Shown here piece by piece: positions 39,952 through 49,521 of a stretch of DNA of 64,000 nt. Numbering within the stretch: the first letter of the stretch is position 1; each line of letters starts with the position of its first letter. This DNA is from an uncultured delta proteobacterium (GTDB lineage Bacteria > Desulfobacterota > Desulfobacteria > Desulfobacterales > QNYZ01): NCBI GenBank assembly GCA_963783425.1, contig CAWANO010000018.1, forward strand, positions 6,219 to 70,218, given 5' to 3'. The translations under genes were made by a program, and so were the position numbers. The notes under the pieces are model-generated. The model saw nothing but the letters and a program-made list of their open reading frames with translations, was not told the DNA's origin and searched no databases.

Positions 39952-40869
39952 ATGGCCAAACCACTGATCGAATGCGTACCCAATTTCAGCGAAGGGCGAC
40001 GGGAGGCGGTGATCGAATCGATCGTGGCGCCTTTCAAGGAGACGGCGGGGTGCTATCTCTTCGACTACCGTGCCGACAGCGACCACAACCGGCTGGTGGT
40101 AAGCCTGGTGGGCGAACCGGAGCCGATCCAGCAGGCGCTGCTGCAGGCGGCCCAAACGGCCAAAGCGGCCATCGACATGAACCGGCACCAGGGCGGTCAT
40201 CCACGTATCGGCGCCGTCGATGTGATCCCTTTCACACCGCTGCAAGGTATCACCATGGAGGACTGCGTGGCTCTGGCGCACGATTTCGGCCAGCGCTTTT
40301 TCGACCACACCGGTATCCCGGTCTACTTCTATGAAGCCGCGGCCAAAACGCCGCAGCGCAAGCGGCTGGAGGTGATCCGCAAGGGCCAGTATGAGGGATT
40401 GAAGGAGGCGGTTGAACAACCCGAGCGGCAGCCAGACGTCGGGCCGCCAGCGCTGCATGCCACCGCCGGAGCGACGGTGGTGGGGGCGCGAAAGTTTCTA
40501 GTGGCTTATAACATCAACCTGGCCACCAGCGACATAACCGTCGCCAAACGCATCGCCGAGGCGGTGCGGGCCTCCTCGGGGGGGCTGTGCCACGTCAAGG
40601 GCATTGCTTTGTCGCTGGAAGAGCGGGGCATGGTTCAGGTGAGCCTCAATGTGGTGGATTACGAGAAAAATCCGCTCTACCGGGTTCAGGAGATGGTGCG
40701 ATTGGAGGCGCGACGCTGGGGCGTCGAGGTGGCCGAGGCCGAAGTGTACGGCATGATCCCGGCTGCGGCGCTGTTGGAAAGTGCCGCCTACTACCTTCAA
40801 CTGGCCGGTTTTACGCTCGACCAGATCATTGAATTGAAACTGCTGCAGATGATCGGTGAAAAACAGTGA
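39952..40869 (+). CDS. ftcD: Glutamate formimidoyltransferase
   Basis: IECVPNFSEGR, DHNRLV, HQGGHPRIGAVDVIPF, IRKGQYEG, GARKFLVAYN. Confidence 0.95.
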   Translation: MAKPLIECVPNFSEGRREAVIESIVAPFKETAGCYLFDYRADSDHNRLVVSLVGEPEPIQQALLQAAQTAKAAIDMNRHQGGHPRIGAVDVIPFTPLQGITMEDCVALAHDFGQRFFDHTGIPVYFYEAAAKTPQRKRLEVIRKGQYEGLKEAVEQPERQPDVGPPALHATAGATVVGARKFLVAYNINLATSDITVAKRIAEAVRASSGGLCHVKGIALSLEERGMVQVSLNVVDYEKNPLYRVQEMVRLEARRWGVEVAEAEVYGMIPAAALLESAAYYLQLAGFTLDQIIELKLLQMIGEKQ

Positions 40870-42134
40870 CCACGAAACTTTTTACCAACGCCGCCATCTA
40901 CACGCCTGCCGATTCGGGGCACCCATTGAGCGGGGGTGACCAGGGTCGACTGCAACAATTCGAGCCTGGAGCACTTCTCGTGGATGACGGACGCCTGTTG
41001 GCGGTGGGCGAAGAAGCGGTCATTTCAAAAGATCCCCGTGCCCAGGCGGCGGATAAGGTTGTCAACTGCCAGGGAGCTTGTTTGGTCCCCGGCTTGGTGG
41101 ATCCCCACACGCACATGTGTTTTACCGATTTGCGCGAACAGGAGTTCGCCCTGCGCCTGGCGGGCACGCCCTATCTCGAAATTCTCAAGCAGGGCGGGGG
41201 CATCTTGTCTTCGGTCAAGGCCGTGCGCGAGGCTGAACCTGAACAACTTGTTGAAACCACCCGGCGGCATGTACTGACGGCGCTGGCCTTGGGCACCACC
41301 ACACTGGAGATCAAGAGCGGTTACGGCTTGGACACACCAAGCGAGCTGAAAATGCTGGCCGCTATCGACGCGGTGGCCAAGCAAACGCCTCTGGATGTAG
41401 TGGCCACCTTTTTAGGCGCCCACGCCATTCCTGCCGAATACCGCCGGGATCCCGACGGGTTTGTGACACTCGTGGTTGATGAGATGCTGCCGGCGGTGGT
41501 CGAGCAGGGCATTGCCCGCTTTTGCGACGTTTTCTGCGAAGAGGGGGTTTTTTCGCCCGACCAGAGTCGCCGTATCCTCCTGGCCGCCAAGCAACTTGGC
41601 CTGGGGCTGAAAATCCACGCCGATGAGGTGCACGATCTGGGCGGCGGTGGGCTGGCGGCCGACCTTCGAGCGGTTTCAGCCGATCATTTGCTGGCCGTCA
41701 GTGACGCCAACGTCGAACGTCTGGCGCGTTCCGGAACGGTTGCTGTACTGCTACCGGCCACGGCCTACAGCCTGCGCAAGCCTTATGCGCGGGCACGCCA
41801 CTTGATTGCCGCCGGTCTTCCCGTGGCCCTGGCCACCGATTGTAACCCCGGTTCGAGCTATACCGAATCGATGCCTTTTGCCATGGGGCTGGCTGTGGTG
41901 AATATGGAGATGACGCCCGCCGAGGCGCTGGTGGCGGCCACCCTCAACGCCGCCTACGCGATTGGGATGAACCAGCAAGTAGGCAGTTTGGATGTGGACA
42001 AACAGGCTGACTTTCTGCTGCTCGAGGGGCAGACACCGGCCATTTTGTCCTACCATGCCGGCGTGTCGTCGGTGCGGCAGGTCTACAAGCAGGGACGGCT
42101 GGTGCATGAAAAAACAGTCTCATATCGACAATGA
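40866..42134 (+). CDS. hutI: Imidazolonepropionase
   Basis: PGLVDPHTH, GGGILSSV, EIKSGYGL, FLGAHA, DVFCE, KIHADE, SADHL, ATDCNPGS. Confidence 0.95.
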   Translation: MTTKLFTNAAIYTPADSGHPLSGGDQGRLQQFEPGALLVDDGRLLAVGEEAVISKDPRAQAADKVVNCQGACLVPGLVDPHTHMCFTDLREQEFALRLAGTPYLEILKQGGGILSSVKAVREAEPEQLVETTRRHVLTALALGTTTLEIKSGYGLDTPSELKMLAAIDAVAKQTPLDVVATFLGAHAIPAEYRRDPDGFVTLVVDEMLPAVVEQGIARFCDVFCEEGVFSPDQSRRILLAAKQLGLGLKIHADEVHDLGGGGLAADLRAVSADHLLAVSDANVERLARSGTVAVLLPATAYSLRKPYARARHLIAAGLPVALATDCNPGSSYTESMPFAMGLAVVNMEMTPAEALVAATLNAAYAIGMNQQVGSLDVDKQADFLLLEGQTPAILSYHAGVSSVRQVYKQGRLVHEKTVSYRQ

Positions 42135-42147
42135 AGGAGCGGTATCG

Positions 42148-42778
42148 ATGACACTGATCGACCTTTCGGTGCGCGATTATGTGCAGCAACTGGCCAGCGG
42201 GGAGGCGACTCCCGGCGGCGGCAGCGCCGCGGCCCTTTCCTGCGCCATGGCGGCCGGGTTGTGTGCTATGGCGGCGCGTTTGACCATTGGCAAAGCCAAG
42301 TATGAAAAGAGCTGGGCGCGCATGCAGGAAGTGGTAGAGCAGGTGACGGCCTGTGAGCAAAAATTACTTTCACTGGTGGATGAAGACAGTGAAGCATATA
42401 ACCAGGTGCTGGCGGCTTACAGGCTTCCCAAAGCTGACGAGGACCAGAAAAAGCGCCGCCAGGCAGCCGTTGAGAGCGCTTTTCAACTGGCGGCAAGCGT
42501 CCCCTTGCAGACCTTGGAGCATGCCACTCAATTGATCGAACCGCTGCAATGGGTGATTTCCGAAGGAAACCCCAACTGCATCACCGATGCCGGCGCGGCG
42601 GTGCAGTTTTGTCGTGCCGGTGCCCGCGCGGCGGCCGACAATGTCAGCGTCAATCTTAGGTGCCATCAAAGACCGAAAGGCCGCGGATCGATTCGAGAAG
42701 CAGCGCGCGGCCCTCTGGCGGCAAGTTGATGCAGGGGTCAAAGAACTGGAAGCGCTGGTGGCCAGCAAGATGTCTTAA
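42148..42778 (+). CDS. Formiminotetrahydrofolate cyclodeaminase / cyclohydrolase family protein; frameshift near 42655
   Basis: LASGEATPGGGSAAA, LVDEDSEAYN, AYRLPK, GNPNCITDAG; the C-terminus continues in another frame to the stop at 42778. Confidence 0.88.
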
Positions 42779-42800
42779 CGGTTCGGAAGGCAGCTGTGCG

Positions 42801-43003
42801 ATTACCCTAGATAAAGCACGGTTCTCGATTGAGGAGCTGGTCGTTTCCCAAAATGGGATCACGTCAGCATGGGTACCATCGCCGCCCGTCAGACACGTGA
42901 TCGCCTCGAGCTGCTGTGCGCCGCCTACGCCTATATCCTGTTCACCGAGCACCAGCCCATGACCGGCGGGCGTGGCACCCGTGAGGCCTATCGTCTGATC
43001 CAA
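42801..43003 (+). pseudogene. hutH: Internally deleted histidine ammonia-lyase remnant
   Basis: ITLDKARFSIEELVV (N-terminal-like) joined to DHVSMGTIAAR...ELLCAA...GRGTREAYRLI (C-terminal HAL signature); most of the gene is missing. Confidence 0.75.
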
Positions 43004-43216
43004 CCGAAAACAGCCGCCTGTCAGAAAATAAAAAAGCCTCCAATTACTGAACCCCGTTTGACATCCTGGACTGGATTTGGCATAGTTGCGGGGCACTTCA
43101 AGCTTTTCACCAAAACCGATAACAATCCCTGCCGCAACAAAGCCTGAAGCGCAGCAACCCGTTTCGGGGTGCAGCAGGGGCCACCAGCGACCATAACACC
43201 TGAACAGGAGGCGTCA

Positions 43217-44863
43217 ATGAGCAAAAAACTAAACCCAGTGATCCTTGACCTTGTCAGCGATTACAAAAAAGGCAAAATGGATCGTCGTCAATTCCTGCGA
43301 TTCAGTAGTTTGTTGGGGCTGTCGACCATTGCCGCGGCGCAGTTGGGCGGATTCGCCTTGCCCAAAAAAGTTTGGGCGGAAACGCCTAAGCGCGGCGGTG
43401 TGGTGAAAGTGTCGGCCAAGCTGCAGAAGATGACGCATCCGGCCCAATTTAGCTGGATCATGCCCAGCAACATCGTTCGTAACGTCACTGAATATCTGAC
43501 CTACTTCGGGGCCGACAACGTGGCCAAACCCTACCTGCTGGAAAGTTGGGAGACCAGTGAGGACCTCAAGACCTGGACCCTGAACTGCCGCAAGGATGTC
43601 ACCTGGAACACCGGCGAGCCCTTTACGGCCGAAGACGTGGTGTTCACCATCAGCCAGTGGCTGGATCCGGATGTAAAGTCTTCCATGCTGGGGCTGGTGG
43701 GGGATTATCTGGATCTCTCCGGCATTGAGAAGGTGAACGACCACCAGGTGAAGCTGCACCTCAAACGGGCCGAGATCGCCCTGCCCGAGCACTTCTTTCA
43801 ATACCCGGCGCTGGTGCTAAACGCTAAGACCTTTGAAGGAGATTTCCTCAAAGCGCCCGTGGGTACGGGGCCGTTTACCCTAGATAGCTACCAGGAAGGC
43901 GAGGTGGCCGTGCTCAAAGCCCGCAAGGATTATTGGCAAAAAGGGGCCGACGGGCAACCGCTGCCCTACGTTGATGAAGTGCGTTTTCTCGATGTGGGCG
44001 TGGCCTTGGAGCCCCAGATCGGCGCCTTGAAGTCGGGTGAAGTTCATCTAGTGGACAACTCCGACAACCCCGGCCCGCAGATCCTGAATGCGGTCAAAAA
44101 CGATCCTAACGTGGTCGTACTACCGGTGGAAACCGCCACCACGCGTGTGCTGCGAATGCGAGTCGACATCCCGCCCTTTGACGACAACCGTGTGCGCATG
44201 GCACTGAAACTGTGCCAAAACCGTGAGAAGATCCTGGCTCTGGCCTACGAAAATCAGGGCGTACAAGGCCAGGATATTCACGTGCATCCCAATCACCCGG
44301 AGTATTGCGAAGTGCCCACCCCTGCCTATGATCCGGAAAAAGCCAAAGCATTGCTGGCAGAAGCCGGATACCCGGACGGCATAAAGCTGGAGATCGCCAC
44401 CGGCACCGAGTGGACCGACGTGGTTCGCTACGTTGAGGTGCTCAAGCAGGACTGCAAGGCCGCAGGTATCGATCTGCAAATTCAGCCCATGCCCACCTCC
44501 CAGTACTGGGAGAAGTGGACCGAGGTGGCCCTGGGTGTCACGCCCTGGACGCACCGGCCACTGGGCACCATGTTCGCCAGCCTGGCCTACATCGGCGACG
44601 CCGAGGGGAACCCGGTGCCTTGGAACGAGACGCGCTGGGTCGACCAGGAGTACAGTGATCTGGTGGCAAAAGCCTCGGGCACCATTGATGTGGTCGAGCG
44701 GCGCAAGCTCTTTTGCCAGATCGAAAAGATTCAGCAAGAGCGCGGTTCCATCGGCATCGCCTATTGGATGAACACATGGGCCTTTCCGAGAAAAGAGTTG
44801 AAGGGGCTGAAGGCGCATCCCAATCTCTTCTACATGTTTCACGAAGTCTATCTGGAAGGATAA
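43217..44863 (+). CDS. Family 5 (Dpp/Opp-type) ABC transporter substrate-binding protein with Tat signal
   Basis: MDRRQFLR twin-arginine motif; PYLLESWE, FTAEDVVFT, PVGTGPF, PFDDNRVRMAL, YDPEKAKALLAEAGY. Confidence 0.93.
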   Translation: MSKKLNPVILDLVSDYKKGKMDRRQFLRFSSLLGLSTIAAAQLGGFALPKKVWAETPKRGGVVKVSAKLQKMTHPAQFSWIMPSNIVRNVTEYLTYFGADNVAKPYLLESWETSEDLKTWTLNCRKDVTWNTGEPFTAEDVVFTISQWLDPDVKSSMLGLVGDYLDLSGIEKVNDHQVKLHLKRAEIALPEHFFQYPALVLNAKTFEGDFLKAPVGTGPFTLDSYQEGEVAVLKARKDYWQKGADGQPLPYVDEVRFLDVGVALEPQIGALKSGEVHLVDNSDNPGPQILNAVKNDPNVVVLPVETATTRVLRMRVDIPPFDDNRVRMALKLCQNREKILALAYENQGVQGQDIHVHPNHPEYCEVPTPAYDPEKAKALLAEAGYPDGIKLEIATGTEWTDVVRYVEVLKQDCKAAGIDLQIQPMPTSQYWEKWTEVALGVTPWTHRPLGTMFASLAYIGDAEGNPVPWNETRWVDQEYSDLVAKASGTIDVVERRKLFCQIEKIQQERGSIGIAYWMNTWAFPRKELKGLKAHPNLFYMFHEVYLEG

Positions 44864-44983
44864 ACTGAGTTGGCCAGTCAGCCCGGCTACCGGTCAGTTA
44901 GGCGATCCCTTAACCTGCGGGGTCGCCTTTGGCGGGCTGGTTCCTGGCTGGCCGGTTGACTGCTCTCCTAATAAGGTTCATCC

Positions 44984-46282
44984 ATGGCTAAATTTATCGT
45001 TCGGCGGCTGCTGCTGCTGGTGCTTACCATGTTCCTGGTGTCGATCGCGGTGTTCATGATCACCGAGGCTTCCCCGGGCAATGTGGCCCGCAATGTGCTG
45101 GGCGCGTTTATCACGCCCGAGCAGGAGGCCTCGTTCTTGCGCCAGATGGGTCTCGACAAGCCCGCCTGGCAGCGCTACCTCTACTGGCTGGTTGGATCTG
45201 ATTTTCACGCCGAAAGCAAAGTGGGCCTACCCCTCAAGCGACTCACCACTGAAAAGGGCTTCGACGAGTGGTGGGCCGTGGTCGAAGATAGCCGCCTGGT
45301 GCGTTGGAAGATGGTGGGCGACGATCTGACCGCACTGATTCGACAACCCGACGGCTCGGCCGAGGAACAGCTCGACAACGAGCGCTGGGTGACTGATGAA
45401 GCGGGCGTCAGCCGCTTCTGGGGCATTGACGCCCACAACCACGCCGTGATGTGGGAAAAAGGTTCCGGTAAAAAGGTGTGGACCTTTATTTTCGCCCTGG
45501 GCTGGAAGGAGACTACCGGTGGACCCATCGAGTACATCCCCCTGAAAAAGGGGTTTTTACGGGGCGACCCGGGCATCTCGCTGCAAACCGGGCGCCCGGT
45601 AAGAAACAACCTCTTTCTCTATTTGCGCAACTCGTTGGTACTTGCCGGTATCGCATTTGTGATCGTTATGCCGTTGGCGCTGGCGCTGGGCATGCTGGCC
45701 GGTTTGAAGGAGGGCTCGATCCGCGACCGCGTGCTCTCGGTGGGAGGCATGATGTTCTCGGTGATTCCCGAGTTCGCGACCGGTATCTTTCTGATCATGA
45801 TCTTGGGGTTGTGGCTGAAACTGGTGCCGCCGGTGGCCGTGTACGGTGAACTGGCACCCTGGCAGCGGCCCGACATGTTGGTGCTGCCCGTGCTGACCCT
45901 GACCTTGATCGAACTGGGATACATTTTGCGCATCACGCGCGCCTCGATGGTGGAGGTGATGCGCTCGGCCTACATCCGCACCGCCTTCCTGAAGGGACTG
46001 CCGTACTGGAAGGTGGTGTTTCGACACGCCGTCCGTAACGCGCTGCTGGCGCCGATTACGGTGATCATGCTGCACGTGAACTGGCTGCTGGGCGGGATTG
46101 TGATCGTGGAGGTGGTGTTTGGGTACCCGGGGCTGGGCAAGTTTCTACTCGAATCGGCCCTCAACAAGGATATCAACGCCCTCGAGGCCGGCGCCATGAT
46201 CCTGGTGATCGTGGCCGTGGGTACGCAGCTGGTGGCCGATATCATTTACACCTTCCTCAACCCAAGGATTCGATACTCATGA
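44984..46282 (+). CDS. Dpp/Opp-type ABC permease (DppB-like) with a large loop insertion
   Basis: GLDKPAWQRYLYW, GDPGISL, TRASMVEVMRSAYIRTAFLKGL, HAVRNAL, FGYPGLG. Confidence 0.92.
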   Translation: MAKFIVRRLLLLVLTMFLVSIAVFMITEASPGNVARNVLGAFITPEQEASFLRQMGLDKPAWQRYLYWLVGSDFHAESKVGLPLKRLTTEKGFDEWWAVVEDSRLVRWKMVGDDLTALIRQPDGSAEEQLDNERWVTDEAGVSRFWGIDAHNHAVMWEKGSGKKVWTFIFALGWKETTGGPIEYIPLKKGFLRGDPGISLQTGRPVRNNLFLYLRNSLVLAGIAFVIVMPLALALGMLAGLKEGSIRDRVLSVGGMMFSVIPEFATGIFLIMILGLWLKLVPPVAVYGELAPWQRPDMLVLPVLTLTLIELGYILRITRASMVEVMRSAYIRTAFLKGLPYWKVVFRHAVRNALLAPITVIMLHVNWLLGGIVIVEVVFGYPGLGKFLLESALNKDINALEAGAMILVIVAVGTQLVADIIYTFLNPRIRYS

Positions 46283-47226
46283 GCACTCCCATCGACACGG
46301 CAAACGCAACCGTAGCCGGTGATCTAAAAGAGATTCCGCGCCGCAGCGTCTGGCAGAGAATGCGCGACGCCCTTGTCATCTTGTGGTCGTCCAAGGTGGC
46401 CATGGTGGGACTGGTGCTGGTGCTCTTCTGGGTGGTCGTTGCCATATTTGCGCCGTTCTTTACCCCCTACGGACCTGAAGAGCAGGACTGGAAACAGCCC
46501 AACATCGGCCCGTCGGCGGATCATCCCCTGGGCACCGATGAGCTGGGGCGCGACCTGTGGGCACGTTTGATCTACGGCGCCCGCGTGGTACTGGTTATTT
46601 TACCGGTGCGCGAGGATATCTGGATACCGGGCGGTACGGCTATCTGGGGTGTGTTGCTCTCTTTGGCCGCCGGCGCCACACTGGGGCTTTTGGCCGGTTA
46701 TAAAGGCGGCTGGGTCGATGAGTTGCTGATGCGGCTGCTCGATGCCATGATGTCGATTCCGGTGATACTGCTCTACCTGATCATCGTGGCCGCCATCGGG
46801 CCTTCGGCGGTCAATGTGGTGTTCGCCATCGCCATCGTGGGTACGCCGGGTATCGCACGCCTGGTGCGCGGTCTGACCCTGGACATCAAAACCCGTGACT
46901 ACGTGCGCGCGGCCGAGACCCGCGGCGAGTCGCCGTGGTACATCATGTTCGTCGAAATCTTGCCCAACGCACGGGGACCCATCATCATCGACGCCATGCT
47001 GCGGGTGGGTTACGCCATCTTTGCCATGGGGACCCTGGGATTTCTGGGGCTGGGCTTGCCGCCACCATCGCCGGACTGGGGTTCCATGGTGGCCAAGGGG
47101 CGCGAGTTTATTCTGCAGGGATCGCCCTGGGCCTCGCTTTGGCCTTCGGTCGCCATCGCTTCTTTGGTGGTCGGACTGAATCTGCTGGCCGACGGGTTGC
47201 GCGAGGAGTCAATGCGCTATCAGTAA
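46279..47226 (+). CDS. Dpp/Opp-type ABC permease (DppC-like)
   Basis: HPLGTDELGRDLWARLIYGAR, DYVRAAETRG, EILPN, FLGLGLPPPSPDWG. Confidence 0.93.
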   Translation: MSTPIDTANATVAGDLKEIPRRSVWQRMRDALVILWSSKVAMVGLVLVLFWVVVAIFAPFFTPYGPEEQDWKQPNIGPSADHPLGTDELGRDLWARLIYGARVVLVILPVREDIWIPGGTAIWGVLLSLAAGATLGLLAGYKGGWVDELLMRLLDAMMSIPVILLYLIIVAAIGPSAVNVVFAIAIVGTPGIARLVRGLTLDIKTRDYVRAAETRGESPWYIMFVEILPNARGPIIIDAMLRVGYAIFAMGTLGFLGLGLPPPSPDWGSMVAKGREFILQGSPWASLWPSVAIASLVVGLNLLADGLREESMRYQ

Positions 47227-47271
47227 TACGAGCAGGCGTTTTCGAACAAGCCCCATAACAAAGGATTGGGT

Positions 47272-49380
47272 ATGACGAAAGCCAACAACAACGGTCCGGT
47301 GTTGGAAGTCGATAATCTGGCCATCTCCTACGAAACCCGCAAAGGCGATGTCGAAGCCGTGCGGGGTGTCTCTTTTCGGGTCAACCGGGGCGAAACGCTG
47401 GGCGTGGTCGGGGAGTCGGGGTGCGGCAAATCCACCATCGCTTTCGGTATCGTGGGTTATTTAGGCGCCAACGGCAAGGTGGTTGAGGGCAGCATCAATT
47501 TCGAAGGCGAAAGCCTGGTGGGGCGCAGCGAGGAGGAACTCAACGAACTGCGCGGCAACCGCATCAGCCTCGTCTATCAGGACCCCATGCAGGCGCTCAA
47601 CCCCTCACTGCGTATCGGCCGGCAGCTTACCGAGGTGCTTACCTGCCATCAGAGAATCAGCGACGACGAGGCCTGGGAACGCTCCATCGAAATGCTCAAG
47701 CGGGTCTATATGCCCGACACCGAAAACATGATGGTGCGCTACCCCCACCAGCTTTCGGGCGGCCAGCAGCAGCGGGTGGTGATCGCCATGGCGCTGTTGA
47801 ACAACCCGTCACTGCTGATCATGGACGAACCGACCACGGCCCTGGATGTGACCGTGGAAGCGGCCGTGCTCGACCTGATCGATGACCTCAAGCGCGATTT
47901 CAATGCTGGCATCATTTTCATCACCCACAATCTGGGTGTGGTGGCGCGTATCAGCGACCGTCTGGCGGTGATGTATGCCGGAGAGATGGTGGAGCGGGCC
48001 ACCATCTCCGATGTGTTCGAACGTCCCTGCCATCCCTACACGCGCGGCCTGCTCTCGGCTATACCGCGTTTGGGCGAATCCAAGGAGGCCGCCGTTCTCA
48101 AGCCGATCCGCGGCCACGTGCCGCCACCGGCCGAGCGGGTAAAGACCGCCTGCATTTTCTTCCCGCGTTGCGACTACGCCACGGACCATTGTCGAGCCGA
48201 ACGGCCGGAACTGGTCTACATCGAAGGGCACGACGACCACCGCGCGCGCTGTTTTTACGCCCAGGATATCGAGCACCAGCCCCGCACCTCCAAACGGCGC
48301 AAGGCCGATGAGCTTCTGGAGAGCCCGGAAGCGGCTGAAGGCGAGACGCTGCTCTCCTTCGACCAGCTCAAAATCTACTACGAGCAGGAGGCCAACACGG
48401 TGGCCAGTATCTTCGGTTTGGGCCAGAAGCGCCATGTAAAGGCCGTGGACGATGTCAGCGTGGGGTTGAACAAGGGGCGCACGCTTGGCGTGGTGGGTGA
48501 ATCGGGCTGCGGCAAGTCGACGCTGGTCAAGGGCATTATCGGACTCGAGAAGGTGACCGGCGGTCAGGTGGAGTTTCTCAAAGTCGATATCAATATGCCC
48601 GTCAAGCAACGTAGCCTGAAGTGGATCCGGGAGATGCAGATGGTATTTCAGAATCCCGATTCCACCCTCAATCCGGCCTACCCGGTGGGCAAGCAGATCG
48701 CGCGCCCGATTTTGCGCTTTAAAACCGTTCCCAAAAAACAGGTCACGGCTGAAGTGATGCGACTGCTGCGCGCCGTGCGGCTGGACGATTACTACTACTA
48801 TCGCTTGCCGCGACAACTGTCAGGCGGTGAAAAACAGCGCGTGGGCATCGCACGGGCCCTGGCCAGCAAGCCGGACCTGGTCATCTGCGATGAGCCGGTT
48901 TCGGCGCTCGATGTTAGCGTGCAGGCAGCCGTTATCAATCTGCTGCTCGATATCCAGCACACCTTCGGTACCACCATGATCTTCATCGCCCACGATCTTT
49001 CCGTGGTGCGCTACTTCTCGGACGATGTGGCGGTGATGTACCTGGGCTGGATTGTCGAGATCGGACCGGCTGAAAAGATATACGCCCCGCCCTATCATCC
49101 CTACACCGAGGCCTTGCTGTCGGCGGTGCCCATCCCGGACCCATCCGCTGATCAGGCCCATATCCGGCTTTCGGGCAATGTGCCCTCGGCCCTGGACCCG
49201 CCGCCGGGATGCCGCTTCCACACCCGCTGCCCGCGTCGTAAGGAGATGCTGCCCGACGGCGGTGAGATCTGTGAGCGCGAGGTTCCGCCCTGGCAAGAGT
49301 CGCACAAGGGCCACCGCATCAAGTGCCATATTCCGCTGGATGTACTGGAGAAGCTGCCGGCAGTTGTGCATGCAGCCTAG
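47272..49380 (+). CDS. Fused double ABC ATPase (DppD/DppF-like)
   Basis: Two GESGCGKST, two LSGG signatures, DEP Walker B and oligopeptide-transporter C-terminal HPYT/Cys motifs. Confidence 0.94.
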   Translation: MTKANNNGPVLEVDNLAISYETRKGDVEAVRGVSFRVNRGETLGVVGESGCGKSTIAFGIVGYLGANGKVVEGSINFEGESLVGRSEEELNELRGNRISLVYQDPMQALNPSLRIGRQLTEVLTCHQRISDDEAWERSIEMLKRVYMPDTENMMVRYPHQLSGGQQQRVVIAMALLNNPSLLIMDEPTTALDVTVEAAVLDLIDDLKRDFNAGIIFITHNLGVVARISDRLAVMYAGEMVERATISDVFERPCHPYTRGLLSAIPRLGESKEAAVLKPIRGHVPPPAERVKTACIFFPRCDYATDHCRAERPELVYIEGHDDHRARCFYAQDIEHQPRTSKRRKADELLESPEAAEGETLLSFDQLKIYYEQEANTVASIFGLGQKRHVKAVDDVSVGLNKGRTLGVVGESGCGKSTLVKGIIGLEKVTGGQVEFLKVDINMPVKQRSLKWIREMQMVFQNPDSTLNPAYPVGKQIARPILRFKTVPKKQVTAEVMRLLRAVRLDDYYYYRLPRQLSGGEKQRVGIARALASKPDLVICDEPVSALDVSVQAAVINLLLDIQHTFGTTMIFIAHDLSVVRYFSDDVAVMYLGWIVEIGPAEKIYAPPYHPYTEALLSAVPIPDPSADQAHIRLSGNVPSALDPPPGCRFHTRCPRRKEMLPDGGEICEREVPPWQESHKGHRIKCHIPLDVLEKLPAVVHAA

Positions 49381-49521
49381 TGTCGCCAACCCGGCGACAT
49401 GCTGCAGTGAACCCACACCGCACCCGTAAAATCCTGCCTGACAAGCGTATTATGTGAGCTTGGTTTGCACTGGCGTCATGATTCGATTATAATCAGATTA
49501 TAGACGCCGAGGTGTAACGCC

